Positions 45,502 through 55,888 of a stretch of DNA of 64,000 bases are shown here, piece after piece. Below the pieces are notes generated by a model. The model worked only from the letters and a program-made list of their open reading frames with translations, searched no databases and was not told where the DNA came from. The stretch comes from an uncultured virus (IMG/VR IMGVR_UViG_3300025635_000024). Lineage: Duplodnaviria; Heunggongvirae; Uroviricota; Caudoviricetes. Positions within the stretch are counted from its first letter, which is position 1; each line of letters starts with the position of its first letter. Where the stretch lies: the IMG/VR virus record IMGVR_UViG_3300025635_000024; one strand, given 5' to 3'. A program made the translations under genes and the position numbers.

Positions 45502-46473
45502 TTATAAAAAGCGTTCAAATACACTTGCCGCATCCTTGATACTTCCTGTGGACTTAGCTCGTGACTTCAGTTTCCTAATTTCCTCAGAATTACTATCTCT
45601 AGGCTTGGAAACACCGGGCTTAATCGCCTTTGGAGCCTCCGCAACCTTCTTAGTAATCCCCGGCTTTGCAGACTGCAACTTGTCGTACTGCATCGCCTTG
45701 TATAACGTCAGAACGGCTCTGGAATCAAACACATTAGCCAATTCTTCATCAGAGAACCCCATCTGCTTACCAAAAGTGCGGATTTCCTTACGGATTGTCT
45801 CGCCCTTCTCAGGATCAGCATACTCAGGGATCGCAGAAACTAGCTTCTCAGACTCAGCAGCAATCGTCTGCCTCATCTGTTGTTGCCTGTCATATTCCTG
45901 CTGTTGCGAGATTCTTTCCCGTTCAGCACGAACCTGCGCTAACTGTTTCTCCTTCTGAGACATCTCAGCGACCTTCACGGCATAACCGATAGGGTCAGTC
46001 TCTTTCAGATAATCCAGATCCTCTGCTTCTTGTGGCTGGTTCAACATCGATTCGATGATCTCCAACCGCTGCGCGTATTGATCGCGCAAAGCCTTAGCCT
46101 CTTGAACCGCTTGGCGCTCGGCCTCAACCGCCTTGCGTTCCTCAGCTACAGCTTGCGATTTCTTGGTGTAATCAGTGCCAAGTTGATAAGACTTGATAAG
46201 CTCATCAAGGGTGACCTCCCGTTCTTCGCCAGCGGCTTTGACACGGAATTTTTGAGGTTCCTCTTGCTCACCATCGTCATCTTCTTGTTCTACCTCTGAT
46301 TCCTCTCTCGATTCCTCAGATTCGGCCTCGCTTTCGTTAGCTTCTGAAGCGGATTCTGGTTGTTCCTGTTCGGAGCCATCCTCACGATTCATCATGCTCA
46401 AGAAAGCGTTAGCTGCACCTTCTACCGTTAACTCACCACTACCCTCAGGTGTCGTGTTTTGAGTATCGCTCAT
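45502..46473 (-). CDS. Phage A scaffolding protein
   Basis: Acidic N-terminus, VTLDEL..SY....DYTKKSQ, coiled coil. Confidence 0.85.
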   Translation of the reverse strand: MSDTQNTTPEGSGELTVEGAANAFLSMMNREDGSEQEQPESASEANESEAESEESREESEVEQEDDDGEQEEPQKFRVKAAGEEREVTLDELIKSYQLGTDYTKKSQAVAEERKAVEAERQAVQEAKALRDQYAQRLEIIESMLNQPQEAEDLDYLKETDPIGYAVKVAEMSQKEKQLAQVRAERERISQQQEYDRQQQMRQTIAAESEKLVSAIPEYADPEKGETIRKEIRTFGKQMGFSDEELANVFDSRAVLTLYKAMQYDKLQSAKPGITKKVAEAPKAIKPGVSKPRDSNSEEIRKLKSRAKSTGSIKDAASVFERFL

Positions 46474-46511
46474 AAGTTTCCTAAATTATATCGGGAACCG
46501 CCCGATGCGGG

Positions 46512-46742
46512 TTACAAAATCTTCATCCTTTTCTCGTCAATCATCTTCTGAGCAGCGATGCTTTCAAGATAGGATTCAACGGATTCCAAGACTCGGAGGC
46601 GCATATACGCTTGTTCCCTTAGCTCAGTCTCGCCATAATTACTATTAACAAATTTGTTAAGCTCTGTGCCTCGGAGATCTTCCATCATCTCCTGCCACAT
46701 GGGTTCCCTAAGCAGATTCGTAGCCCACTGTGCTTTATCCAT
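46512..46742 (-). CDS. Conserved head-module small protein
   Basis: 76 aa helical protein between the portal region and the scaffold. Confidence 0.65.
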   Translation of the reverse strand: MDKAQWATNLLREPMWQEMMEDLRGTELNKFVNSNYGETELREQAYMRLRVLESVESYLESIAAQKMIDEKRMKIL

Positions 46743-47423
46743 TTAGTAATCCAAATCCCTAACAATCATTGCTGGAAAATTCTTTACCCCAAGCAAATTC
46801 AATGCCCCAAGCCTATGACCACCCTCAAGAACATACGGGCCTTCTTTATCAATAGCAACAATTAAAGGATCAATATATTTATTTTCTTTAATCTGATTAG
46901 CCAAGTCTTTTACTCTTTTTATATCATCAGCAGACCTAAATAAGTCATAAGGGCTACTTCCTTTAAATGCACTCATTGGCACAGACCTAATTCCTACGTC
47001 AGTCTCGTATTTATTAAACGATGCTGGAATAGAACTAGTGTTTTTTATATTTTCGCCAACTCTCAACCCATCAACAACCTTCTGAGCTTTAGGATACTGA
47101 ACAAAGAAAGGAGCCATTCTTTCCAAATTATTAAGAGGATTATTTAATGGCTTTACTGATCCAGCAAAACCCATAGCTACATCATTGGTAACCCTATCTA
47201 CATATTGCCTAGCAGCTAATTGCTCAGGAGTAACTGGCAATCCTTTACTAGCGTTTATATCACCCTGAACCGCAAGTGATTGCAATCGATTAAAGTCTCT
47301 CGCTTGGCCTTCCATTGTTGCTAGATATTCTCTTGGATCGCTAAAAAGCAAGCCTAAATTAGCTTTAGCAGCCTGTTTAGACCTATCTATAAATCCAGTA
47401 ATATCAGATAACAATCCAGCCAT
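46743..47423 (-). CDS. Post-portal protein with C-terminal ParB/Srx-like domain
   Basis: IDPLIV....YVLEGGHRLGAL motif; AT-rich; MAGLL N-terminus. Confidence 0.6.
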   Translation of the reverse strand: MAGLLSDITGFIDRSKQAAKANLGLLFSDPREYLATMEGQARDFNRLQSLAVQGDINASKGLPVTPEQLAARQYVDRVTNDVAMGFAGSVKPLNNPLNNLERMAPFFVQYPKAQKVVDGLRVGENIKNTSSIPASFNKYETDVGIRSVPMSAFKGSSPYDLFRSADDIKRVKDLANQIKENKYIDPLIVAIDKEGPYVLEGGHRLGALNLLGVKNFPAMIVRDLDY

Positions 47424-49528
47424 TACGCGCTCCCGGTAAGGCTACCCAGTTCCTTAATCGTCTTCAGGACAATCTCAGCCTGTTTTGTACGGCTGGCCTC
47501 GTCTGCAATGTCCATAGCCAAAATAGCTTGCAATTGCTGGACTGCTAACTGAGCCTCTTTAATCCGAATATCGGCCTGATCCTTCTGGTTCTTCATCTGC
47601 ATCTCAATGCCCTTACGGGTGAACTCAGCCTCTAGCGTCTGACGCTCCAGATCCAACTTAGCAGCATCAATCTGAGCCTTGGCCTGAGTTTTCTCACGCT
47701 CAACATCTGCCAGCATCTTGGCTACCTCGGCCTGTGCATCAGGAGCAGGAGGCTGTGGCTGCGACAACATCTGGTCTTGCTCAGGCGTAATCTCATTCAT
47801 GAAGGCATTAGCATCTTTGAAACCTGCTGCCTCAATGAACTTAGCCAATGTATTCCGGTACTGACCAACCGATACCAATGGATTCGATGGGCCATACTGC
47901 TGAATAATCTGTTCCTGCTTTGCAAGAATCATCTGGAGCATTGCCAGTTTCTGATCCCGGTCACCAGCGCCAAGACCAACATTGACCGATACATCGTACT
48001 CATTTGACCATGTACGAGGATCAAACTGGACGTACTTGCCACGCATACGGACGATCTTTGGCTTGTCCTGATACTTGCCCAACAGATGCAAAATACCCCT
48101 AAACAAGCTCTTAACGCCAGTCTCAGCAAAGATACGGGCAATCAACTCCAGCTTGCCAGAGTTCGACTTCATCATCGCAGCAACAGCAGCAGCCGTTACA
48201 TTGGACAACACATCTGGGTCAAGACCTTGTTGTGCGTCATTAACACCAGTACGCTTAGTCTGGATCTCGTCCATGTACTGGAGCATTGGCATAGCCTGAC
48301 CAAAGGTAGACTGAACCTGAAGCGGAACCAGAGCGTTAGGATTCTTGATTCTGACAATACCGCCGGGAGTAGCGTTCAGCAGGTCATCTAGGTTCACCTG
48401 ACCGTCTACAGCACCAACCCGGTTATTGTTCGTCAGATAGAGATTATCGAGAGACTGACGGGTAACAGTGGACTTGATAAGCTGGATGTCCATAACCCGA
48501 TCTGCCAGCGACTGACCGAAAAACTTGTGCGGAATAGGGATAGGACAGATGCTGTGGAATGGAATAAAGTCGCAGTCTTCATCTTCTAGTATTTCCGATC
48601 CGCAATAAACAATCCTACGCAACTCAGCGATTCCGTCATCGTTCTCGTCAATGCGTATATAGCACTCGTATACCTCGACCGTCTGCATGGCAGGATCGAT
48701 GGCCTGAGTTTGATCTGGCTGCTCACCTTGGTTAAAACGAGCAACACGCTCAGGAGAGAAGGATAGATCGTCATAAGAAGGTAGCGCATCTACGATGTCT
48801 TTGTCGTAGCCCATTGCAATCAATTCTGACCGCTGCATGAGCTTTCGATGAGCTACAAAAGGAGAATCCTCAATATTCCTAGCAGCCTTGGAAATCAGGA
48901 ACTCCTCGGGAGGAACATTCTCAATCTTGACTTGACCGTACTTGTTCACCCGCTTGACCGTAACGTCATAGGACGGAGCCATGACAGGCTGACCCATCAT
49001 ATCCGTACCAGCAGGGATCATCTCTACCTTCTGACGGACAACCTCTAGCGACTCATCAGACAGAAGCAGCGCCAGTTCATCCTCAGTTAGGTTCTTGTAT
49101 TTCTCTTTGGTAACGTCTTCCTTGGCATCCCAATAGGATTTAACGACACCAACCTTCTGTAGCAGGGCATCCTTGAACCAGTTGTGCAGGATCAATAGAC
49201 CGTCATTTTCACGGTAAAACACCCAGTTAGAGTAATCTGTAGCCTGTTTAGCAGACTCCTCGTCTTCAGTAGTCTTAGGCTCAAAATAGACAATATCCTC
49301 AGTAGTCGTAAAGACTCGGATAAGTTGTGGCAGCGCACCATCAATAGCCTCGGCAACCTCACCAGTGACAATCTGGCTGCGTCCTTCTACCTCATTGCCA
49401 TAGGGATTACGGAGATAATAATCTAGCGCCTTACGACGTTCTTCAGTGGTTTCAGTGTCAAGATAGCCGATAGAGTCATCTATCTCGGCTTCGACAATGC
49501 TCTTAATCTGGCCTTCATCCATCTTCAT
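47423..49528 (-). CDS. Phage A portal protein
   Basis: 701 aa after terL; GNEVEGRSQ.V, KDALLQK.G motifs; Q-rich C-terminal barrel. Confidence 0.9.
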   Translation of the reverse strand: MKMDEGQIKSIVEAEIDDSIGYLDTETTEERRKALDYYLRNPYGNEVEGRSQIVTGEVAEAIDGALPQLIRVFTTTEDIVYFEPKTTEDEESAKQATDYSNWVFYRENDGLLILHNWFKDALLQKVGVVKSYWDAKEDVTKEKYKNLTEDELALLLSDESLEVVRQKVEMIPAGTDMMGQPVMAPSYDVTVKRVNKYGQVKIENVPPEEFLISKAARNIEDSPFVAHRKLMQRSELIAMGYDKDIVDALPSYDDLSFSPERVARFNQGEQPDQTQAIDPAMQTVEVYECYIRIDENDDGIAELRRIVYCGSEILEDEDCDFIPFHSICPIPIPHKFFGQSLADRVMDIQLIKSTVTRQSLDNLYLTNNNRVGAVDGQVNLDDLLNATPGGIVRIKNPNALVPLQVQSTFGQAMPMLQYMDEIQTKRTGVNDAQQGLDPDVLSNVTAAAVAAMMKSNSGKLELIARIFAETGVKSLFRGILHLLGKYQDKPKIVRMRGKYVQFDPRTWSNEYDVSVNVGLGAGDRDQKLAMLQMILAKQEQIIQQYGPSNPLVSVGQYRNTLAKFIEAAGFKDANAFMNEITPEQDQMLSQPQPPAPDAQAEVAKMLADVEREKTQAKAQIDAAKLDLERQTLEAEFTRKGIEMQMKNQKDQADIRIKEAQLAVQQLQAILAMDIADEASRTKQAEIVLKTIKELGSLTGSA

Positions 49529-49555
49529 AGCAAGCCCTTACAGGAATTTTGCTTA

Positions 49556-50830
49556 TTATACAACCCATTTGGCGTTGATAGGCAAATCTGTTGACCATGA
49601 ATCGTCGCTCTCGTCAAGCCCAATTGCCAAGTATCTGAAGGCATCTGAGTAATGGCTAGACCAGTCATGCAGTGGCTTATCGTAAAACACCTGTTGCTTC
49701 TCGTTATATTCCCGACGATAGTTCCTTAAGGCATCCAGACCAGCCTTGGTTTTGTGGTCAAACCAGCAACGTGGCAGCAAGCGTCTAACAGCCTGAATCC
49801 CGTCAGCTACAGACAGTCTAGGCGCAACCGTGATCTCTAGTCCTGCCTCCTCTAAGACCTCTTTACGGCTCTTTCCAGTGCCTAGTTCCCTTACCTCAAC
49901 GTCATGCGGAAGTATTTGCGAGAAGCCCTCGTAGCGGTTTTCCCTGAGCCATGATACATACCAGTCCAGACCGACTCCGTGGTTCTCGATGCAGTCGATA
50001 AGCCTAATTTCCTTCCCACCAATCTGGCAGACCCATAGACAAGTAGAGTCACCCATACCAAGATCCCAAGCAACAAAAGACTTGCAAAGGTCATCCCGGT
50101 CAATAGTCGTGACCCTAGACTTGGCTTCGAGATCGTTAATAATCTGACCATAATAACTACCCTCAACCGCTGCGTTAAAGGAACACTCAAACTCCTGAGC
50201 GTACTTATCTTCGCCCATCTCCTTACGAGCAGCCCAGAGTTCTTTCTCGTTAAGAATCCCTGTCTCGCTGGCTCTGAACTCAAGTAACGCCCATCCTTCT
50301 GCTGTCTGTGCGCGATCCCTAAAGTCAGCAAAGTGGTTCTTACCCTTAGGCGTACCAATGAATAAGCACCATGTAGGCTCATCATCAGTATTACGGTCTG
50401 CTAATGCTGGTCTAATGACTTCGTTCCAAATCTTAGGGTTTTGGTCTCCGATTTCGTCCAAGACCACACCGTCAAAGTACTGACCACGGAGAGAGTCAGC
50501 GTTATCAGAGCCATAAAGACTAATCCGTCTTCCCCAGAAGTCAACCCGTAGCTCAGAGATGTTTGCAGTAGCTCCCAAAGGACGTGTGAACTCCAACAGA
50601 TAGTCCCAAGCGACACGCTTAGACTGAGCGTATGTAGGGGCAATATACGCAAAACGAGGATTAGGCTTCTTGCACTCAATGGCAGCCTTTATGAGATGGT
50701 TAATGGCAGATACAGTCTTGCCCATACGACGATGAGCTACTACAACCGTAAACCTGTGGTTATCTACTGCCTCATGGATCTTTAGCTGCTGCTCACGAGG
50801 CTTATAAGCAATCTCAATTACTTCAGCCAT
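49556..50830 (-). CDS. terL: Phage A terminase large subunit
   Basis: HRRMGKT, VVLDE, GTPKG, AWDLG, HDWSSH.SDAFRY. Confidence 0.95.
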   Translation of the reverse strand: MAEVIEIAYKPREQQLKIHEAVDNHRFTVVVAHRRMGKTVSAINHLIKAAIECKKPNPRFAYIAPTYAQSKRVAWDYLLEFTRPLGATANISELRVDFWGRRISLYGSDNADSLRGQYFDGVVLDEIGDQNPKIWNEVIRPALADRNTDDEPTWCLFIGTPKGKNHFADFRDRAQTAEGWALLEFRASETGILNEKELWAARKEMGEDKYAQEFECSFNAAVEGSYYGQIINDLEAKSRVTTIDRDDLCKSFVAWDLGMGDSTCLWVCQIGGKEIRLIDCIENHGVGLDWYVSWLRENRYEGFSQILPHDVEVRELGTGKSRKEVLEEAGLEITVAPRLSVADGIQAVRRLLPRCWFDHKTKAGLDALRNYRREYNEKQQVFYDKPLHDWSSHYSDAFRYLAIGLDESDDSWSTDLPINAKWVV

Positions 50831-51141
50831 GTAACTTGATGTATTTGAGCGCCGCCATCTGGGCCAGATACTTCCTGTTTCTGCGTCTCAGCCCACCGCA
50901 TCTGAGCCTTAGTCCACCAGATCAATGCAGTCGTATCCCCACTCTGAGCCTTGTTAAACAGCGTCTTAGCTATCTGTGCGCTAGCTTTAGCCTTGCCCAA
51001 ATCTAGTTCCGTTCGGTAATGTTTACGCAGCGTCTTATCATCTATGCCAATCAATGCCCCTATATGCTCATGAGGCAAGCCAAGACCAGCCGATGTTTCG
51101 ACTAATCTCTTGTTTTCTTCACTAGGAATATGCTCATTCAT
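50818..51141 (-). CDS. terS: Phage A terminase small subunit
   Basis: HTH (IGALIGIDDKTLRKHY), A.IWW.K motif; overlaps terL. Confidence 0.8.
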   Translation of the reverse strand: MNEHIPSEENKRLVETSAGLGLPHEHIGALIGIDDKTLRKHYRTELDLGKAKASAQIAKTLFNKAQSGDTTALIWWTKAQMRWAETQKQEVSGPDGGAQIHQVTWLK

Positions 51142-51158
51142 TTTATTAAGGGGAAATG

Positions 51159-52367
51159 TTAATCATTAGTTAATAATACAGCCTTTTTGCCTGTAAAGTC
51201 TTCCCAACGTTTTACTATTACATCACAGTATTTAGGGTCTAGTTCCATTAGTCTTGCATGGCGATTAACTTTCTCACAAGCAATTAACGTACTACCGCTG
51301 CCACCAAACAAATCCAATATATGGTCTCCTGATTTACTGCTATTCAAGATAGCTCTTTCTGGAAGTTCTACTGGCTTTTGAGTGGGATGATAATCGTTTT
51401 TAGATTCTTTCTTTAATTCCCATACCGTTTTTTCATTTGATGGGCCATACCAAGCAGGTGAGCATCCATCTTTGTGCAAATACATACATGGCTCACAATT
51501 AGGTATGTATTGGCTCATAAATGCGCCTAAACCTGATTTAACTTTGTACCACTGAATAATTGCCCTAATTTTTAATGGCAATTTTGACAATGACGCAAAT
51601 GTTTCAATACTTTTTCCGGAAGCATACCAAACGTAAAAAGCAGCACCATCTTTTGTACACGTTATAGCGGTTGATAAAGATTCATAAAAAAGATCAGTTA
51701 AATCGTCACCCTGCAATGTATCTGCAATAATGCCTTGCCTTTTCTTTTTATTATGACCACCCTCATAAGAAACACCATATGGAGGATCAGTAAACACCAT
51801 ATCGGCCTTCTGACCATCCATTAACTTTTCTACCGCATCAATGCTCGTACTATCTCCACACATTAACCGATGATTGCCAAGTTGATAAATATCACCCAAC
51901 TTTGTCTTAGGATCCACCGGCACATCAGGTACGGCATCCTCATCCGTCAATCCATCTACCTGCTCAGGCTCCAGCAGCTTATCCAGTTCCTTAGCATCAA
52001 AGCCAAGCACATCAAGCTCGAATCCTTGCTCTTTCAGATCAGCCAACTCTAACGATAGCAAGCTAGTATCCCACCCGGCGTTCATGGCTAGTTGATTGTC
52101 AGCAATAACGTAAGCCTTTTTCTGGCTCTCGGTCATATTCTCTAGTTCAATTACCGGAACCTCGATATATCCTAACTTTCGAGCAGCCAATAACCTGCCA
52201 TGACCTGCAATTATTCCGTTAGTTCCGTCTACTAATATTGGGTTAGTCCAGCCAAACTCTTTGATACTGGCTGCAATTTGAGCTACTTGAGCGTCAGAAT
52301 GTGTGCGGCTATTTCTAGCGTATGGGATTAAAGACTCTACTTTTACTTGCTTAACTTGCATTTGCAT
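51159..52367 (-). CDS. ParB-like N-terminal domain fused to an N6/N4 DNA methyltransferase
   Basis: IIAGHGR and ADN (ParB); TDPPY, HPTQKP, LDLFGGSGST. Exact start uncertain. Confidence 0.9.
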   Translation of the reverse strand: MQMQVKQVKVESLIPYARNSRTHSDAQVAQIAASIKEFGWTNPILVDGTNGIIAGHGRLLAARKLGYIEVPVIELENMTESQKKAYVIADNQLAMNAGWDTSLLSLELADLKEQGFELDVLGFDAKELDKLLEPEQVDGLTDEDAVPDVPVDPKTKLGDIYQLGNHRLMCGDSTSIDAVEKLMDGQKADMVFTDPPYGVSYEGGHNKKKRQGIIADTLQGDDLTDLFYESLSTAITCTKDGAAFYVWYASGKSIETFASLSKLPLKIRAIIQWYKVKSGLGAFMSQYIPNCEPCMYLHKDGCSPAWYGPSNEKTVWELKKESKNDYHPTQKPVELPERAILNSSKSGDHILDLFGGSGSTLIACEKVNRHARLMELDPKYCDVIVKRWEDFTGKKAVLLTND

Positions 52368-52380
52368 TATCCTTTGGATG

Positions 52381-53091
52381 TCATGCACCGTATATATCAG
52401 GGTATATATCTGGTCTGTTAGCCTTTATCCACTCTCGTGGCTCCTCATGGCATTTCTTGTAATCAATCCCTACTGTCTGGCTTCCTGCATGATGCACATA
52501 AGCCCGACTGACAAAATGCTCATACCCTGCTTCTTGCAGGTCATGGCATATTATATTATCGGAATACCAATTCGTGCTTGGGAATTTAGCGACGTTCCAA
52601 GCCTTTTTCGTTATGGAGGCAAAGATAGGTGCAATTACCGCAGTCGGCTTAATCTTAGCCTCGCTAGCCCACCGCAATCCTTCTTGCCTATCATCGTAAA
52701 CAGGAAACCTAATGTTCTGGTCAGGCAATACATAGTCTGATCTTGCCCCTAAGAATCCGAGATTTACGCCGTTTGATTCCAGAATTTCCGCATCTTGTCT
52801 GAGCAGATCTATGGTACTAGGTGTTATAACAACATCGTCATTAGACAATATTACTGAATCGTAACGTCCATGCTCAAAGGCATAATCTGTAGCTACATTG
52901 TAGGCATCACCAAAGTTAGTAGCTTGGTTTGGCCTCCATATCAGATTAGGCAGAATTGACTTAGCCCTATGCCATAAGTCCAAACTGTTAGCTGATAGAT
53001 ATACAGGTATCTCAGGAGCATAAACTCTAATGCTTTCAAGCAATATCGTTATGCCGGGATTGCTAACGGAGCAGATTACTATAGCTTGCAC
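52381..53091 (-). CDS. GT2-like glycosyltransferase
   Basis: NFGDAYN, ILSNDDV, WYSDN, YVHHAGSQT. Confidence 0.75.
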   Translation of the reverse strand: MQAIVICSVSNPGITILLESIRVYAPEIPVYLSANSLDLWHRAKSILPNLIWRPNQATNFGDAYNVATDYAFEHGRYDSVILSNDDVVITPSTIDLLRQDAEILESNGVNLGFLGARSDYVLPDQNIRFPVYDDRQEGLRWASEAKIKPTAVIAPIFASITKKAWNVAKFPSTNWYSDNIICHDLQEAGYEHFVSRAYVHHAGSQTVGIDYKKCHEEPREWIKANRPDIYPDIYGA

Positions 53092-53600
53092 AAGGTTACT
53101 TTCATGGATTCGACTGCTCTTGGAGTCCTAAGTATTTCTCCATCGGAAACACCTTTCTCAGACATTTCTGAGCCTAGTTCCGACAGCTTGAACTGGAGTT
53201 CTGATAGTTTAAAGCCAGATTCCCAACCTAAATACCAGCACCATTCTGTGTAGTACAGCCAGCTATTCTCGTTGAATGCTCTTACATGAGTAGGATCTTG
53301 CCATGCACCTAGACTTAGTTCATACGGTACGGATATAACGAACTCTCCACCGACTTTAAGTAAGTCTCGGCAGTTCCTCATGGCACTAATTAAATCCGGA
53401 ATATGCTCTAAAACGTCATTTGCGACGATTTTTTCAAACATCTCCGGCTTAATCTTGATCTGTCCGAACCGGGTATCTATTAACTCACCCCATCGAACTT
53501 TAGATATGTCGCATACCCAGTCAGGATTTACCCTAGCCTGAATATCCGAATTTAGACAATCTTCTCTCCAGTCTTTACCAGAGCCTAGATTTAGTATCAT
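53079..53600 (-). CDS. Class I SAM-dependent methyltransferase
   Basis: LNLGSG, DVLEH, LLKVGG, WQDPTH.R motifs. Confidence 0.8.
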   Translation of the reverse strand: MILNLGSGKDWREDCLNSDIQARVNPDWVCDISKVRWGELIDTRFGQIKIKPEMFEKIVANDVLEHIPDLISAMRNCRDLLKVGGEFVISVPYELSLGAWQDPTHVRAFNENSWLYYTEWCWYLGWESGFKLSELQFKLSELGSEMSEKGVSDGEILRTPRAVESMKVTLCKL

Positions 53601-53881
53601 TTTTTCTTGTTTCTAGCGGAAATAGCTGCGGCTTTCTTCTTGGCATCTGCCTTACTAGAGGCTCCCCATGCTTGTAGGGATAACAGTAGGCGCGTAGGTT
53701 CACCGTTAGGCTTTCTCTCTGGCCCCGGCATATTGCCCATACGGGCTAGGAAACTGGCTCTGCGACCAGAATCTCCAGACTTTAATGGAGGTTTAAGATC
53801 TGCTCCCTCAGTTCGCTTAAAGTGTTCTCTACCAGCCTTATTTAATCCGCCCTTTGGATTTTGATACTTTTTAGCAACCAT
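53597..53881 (-). CDS. Basic conserved phage protein (DUF6321-like)
   Basis: Homologue of 35548..35850. Confidence 0.7.
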   Translation of the reverse strand: MVAKKYQNPKGGLNKAGREHFKRTEGADLKPPLKSGDSGRRASFLARMGNMPGPERKPNGEPTRLLLSLQAWGASSKADAKKKAAAISARNKKK

Positions 53882-54470
53882 GATTTGCCTTATAAGTTTT
53901 AACTCCTGCTTTCAATGGCGCAGAAATAGCAATATCTAAAGGAACACCAGTACGGATTCTACGCATTAAAGTAGCTGGCTTTATCCCATGTAATCTAGCC
54001 AAATCACTTATTGTTTGTTGTTTTGGTTTTGACAATATTTCAATAGATTTTTCTGGTGGAACTTTTTTAACAACAACTAATTTCCACAAAGATTGATATT
54101 TAACCCCATAATTTCTTGCTAATTTTGCAAGGTTTATTGTTTCCCCATTAAATGAAACAAAAATTCCGTTTCTTTTGTTTTGAGCTTGTGTTTTTGCATC
54201 AGCCCATCTTACATTTTCTTTTGTATATCCTTTATTTACATCAATTCTATCTAAAGAATATTCTTTACTTGGTCTTAATCCAATATCATTAATAAAATTC
54301 CAAAATCCATCATCTCCATGCCAAGAATCACAAACTAATATTCCTCTTGCGCCATAATTTTTAAAATCATTATTGTTTTCATTATAACAACGACTAAATA
54401 AATTTCTCCATACAACATGGGAAATTATTATTTTTTCAATCTCATCCTTATTACAAAAAGGAAAATTCAT
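53871..54470 (-). CDS. Free-standing HNH-type homing endonuclease
   Basis: YGARGI.VC..W, SLDRID.NKGY...NVRWA, C-terminal HTH repeats; very AT-rich. Confidence 0.8.
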   Translation of the reverse strand: MNFPFCNKDEIEKIIISHVVWRNLFSRCYNENNNDFKNYGARGILVCDSWHGDDGFWNFINDIGLRPSKEYSLDRIDVNKGYTKENVRWADAKTQAQNKRNGIFVSFNGETINLAKLARNYGVKYQSLWKLVVVKKVPPEKSIEILSKPKQQTISDLARLHGIKPATLMRRIRTGVPLDIAISAPLKAGVKTYKANHGC

Positions 54471-54480
54471 TTTTAATTAC

Positions 54481-54960
54481 TTATTCCAAGTTGCTGCTAT
54501 TTTCATCCTCATCTTCATATTCTCGATCTTTATTGGCCTCATATTTTGCAAGTCTCAACATTTTCTTTTGTTGTTCTGTCATAGGTTTTTTAATGCTTCC
54601 ACCAACTAACCAAGCAGAACAAGTACGGTCAGCAGCGCATTTGAACTCAAAAAGCTCACAATAACCTAGTTCTGCACTAGCAACAACCTCGTTAGCGTAA
54701 GTCTCGTTATCCGATTCCTCGCCCTGAATACCATTGATAATGCAGTCCATCATTTCAGGAGTCTGGATAAATGCAGAACAATTACCGCAGCGCATTGTCT
54801 GTGCATTGTCTGGAGTCGTAGCCCACTCAACAGCACGTTTATTCCAGAAATCACCCGGTTCCTCTGGGTTTGCTGGGCCATAGCCTACATTTTTAAATGC
54901 CCAATCCCGATTCTTCAGGTTAAGCTGGATGTCTGAACAGACTTTAGGACAGGTCTTCAT
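54481..54960 (-). CDS. Cys-rich conserved phage protein
   Basis: Homologue of 36169..36576. Confidence 0.7.
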   Translation of the reverse strand: MKTCPKVCSDIQLNLKNRDWAFKNVGYGPANPEEPGDFWNKRAVEWATTPDNAQTMRCGNCSAFIQTPEMMDCIINGIQGEESDNETYANEVVASAELGYCELFEFKCAADRTCSAWLVGGSIKKPMTEQQKKMLRLAKYEANKDREYEDEDENSSNLE

Positions 54961-55106
54961 TTTTTCTTCTTTGCAGTCTTGGCTGCTTGCTTGAAGTCAG
55001 CCTTGGTTGGCGCACCCTTAGTACCCGGTTTACGCATCTTTTCGCCAGAACCCTCAGCTATTCGCTTACGCTTGGCATGAATATTGGCATAAAGACCGGG
55101 CTTCAC
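54957..55106 (-). CDS. 49-aa Lys-rich protein (MKPGLYANIHAKRKR...)
   Basis: Hand translation; GTGA and ATGA overlaps. Confidence 0.65.
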   Translation of the reverse strand: MKPGLYANIHAKRKRIAEGSGEKMRKPGTKGAPTKADFKQAAKTAKKKK

Positions 55107-55267
55107 TTCTTACCCTTCTTCTTAGCCATGCCAGCTTCGCTAAGGGCGATTGCTACCGCCTGTTTCTGAGACTTGACCACTGGGCCACCTTTGCCACTAT
55201 GCAGCGTTCCCTTGCCAAATTCCTTCATAACTTTGGCTACCTTCTTCTGGCCTTTTGTCTTCTTCAT
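55103..55267 (-). CDS. 54-aa basic protein (DUF6496-like)
   Basis: Hand translation; homologue of 36002..36166. Confidence 0.7.
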   Translation of the reverse strand: MKKTKGQKKVAKVMKEFGKGTLHSGKGGPVVKSQKQAVAIALSEAGMAKKKGKK

Positions 55268-55544
55268 TGAGCAATTCCCCTAGCTGTAATTGCAATTCTT
55301 GTTCGGTAACACCATAGGCACGCTCAAAAGCTTTACGGCCTAAGCCGTGGTAACCTGAATTTCCTCTATGATGCTCTGGGCATAGGGGCAGGACGTTATC
55401 GTGCGAGTTTCTGACTCCCATCCCTAAACCCAAACCCCTGATATGGTGAATCTCGGCTGGAGTACCGGGATAACCTGCCCTATAGCAGATTATACAACCA
55501 ATGTCAGCAACTTTTGACAAGTATTGTGCTTCTCTTTTACGCAC
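55197..55544 (-). CDS. Ref/DUF968-like HNH-fold nuclease
   Basis: GCIIC...AEIHH...LPLCPEHH. Confidence 0.7.
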   Translation of the reverse strand: MRKREAQYLSKVADIGCIICYRAGYPGTPAEIHHIRGLGLGMGVRNSHDNVLPLCPEHHRGNSGYHGLGRKAFERAYGVTEQELQLQLGELLNEEDKRPEEGSQSYEGIWQGNAA

Positions 55545-55645
55545 GATTTTTACCCTCTAATCGCCTGTGAACCAGCTTTATCAAGTCTTTTATCTGGTCT
55601 GGGTAGTAGTACCAAAGGTTGCCAAATGACTGCAACCCGATTTCT

Positions 55646-55879
55646 TCAATGTCCTGATCCGTTAACTTTCGCAAGGTTAGCGGCAATTCGCTGCTGTCGA
55701 GCAAGGTTCGTTGGATCATAGTCGGCGAATCCGTCTACGTCACCGCACTCTGGACACTCAGTAAGAGTATCCTCTGTAAATTGACAGCGCCCACGAGGTA
55801 TCTCATCCCAATCGTCAACAAATCCACATTTGCAACATTGTGCCAAATTGCTATCATCAACTATATATTTGTCGTTCAT
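55646..55879 (-). CDS. Small Zn-finger protein
   Basis: Two CxxC pairs; GGAGG RBS. Confidence 0.6.
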   Translation of the reverse strand: MNDKYIVDDSNLAQCCKCGFVDDWDEIPRGRCQFTEDTLTECPECGDVDGFADYDPTNLARQQRIAANLAKVNGSGH

Positions 55880-55888
55880 ATTATCCTC

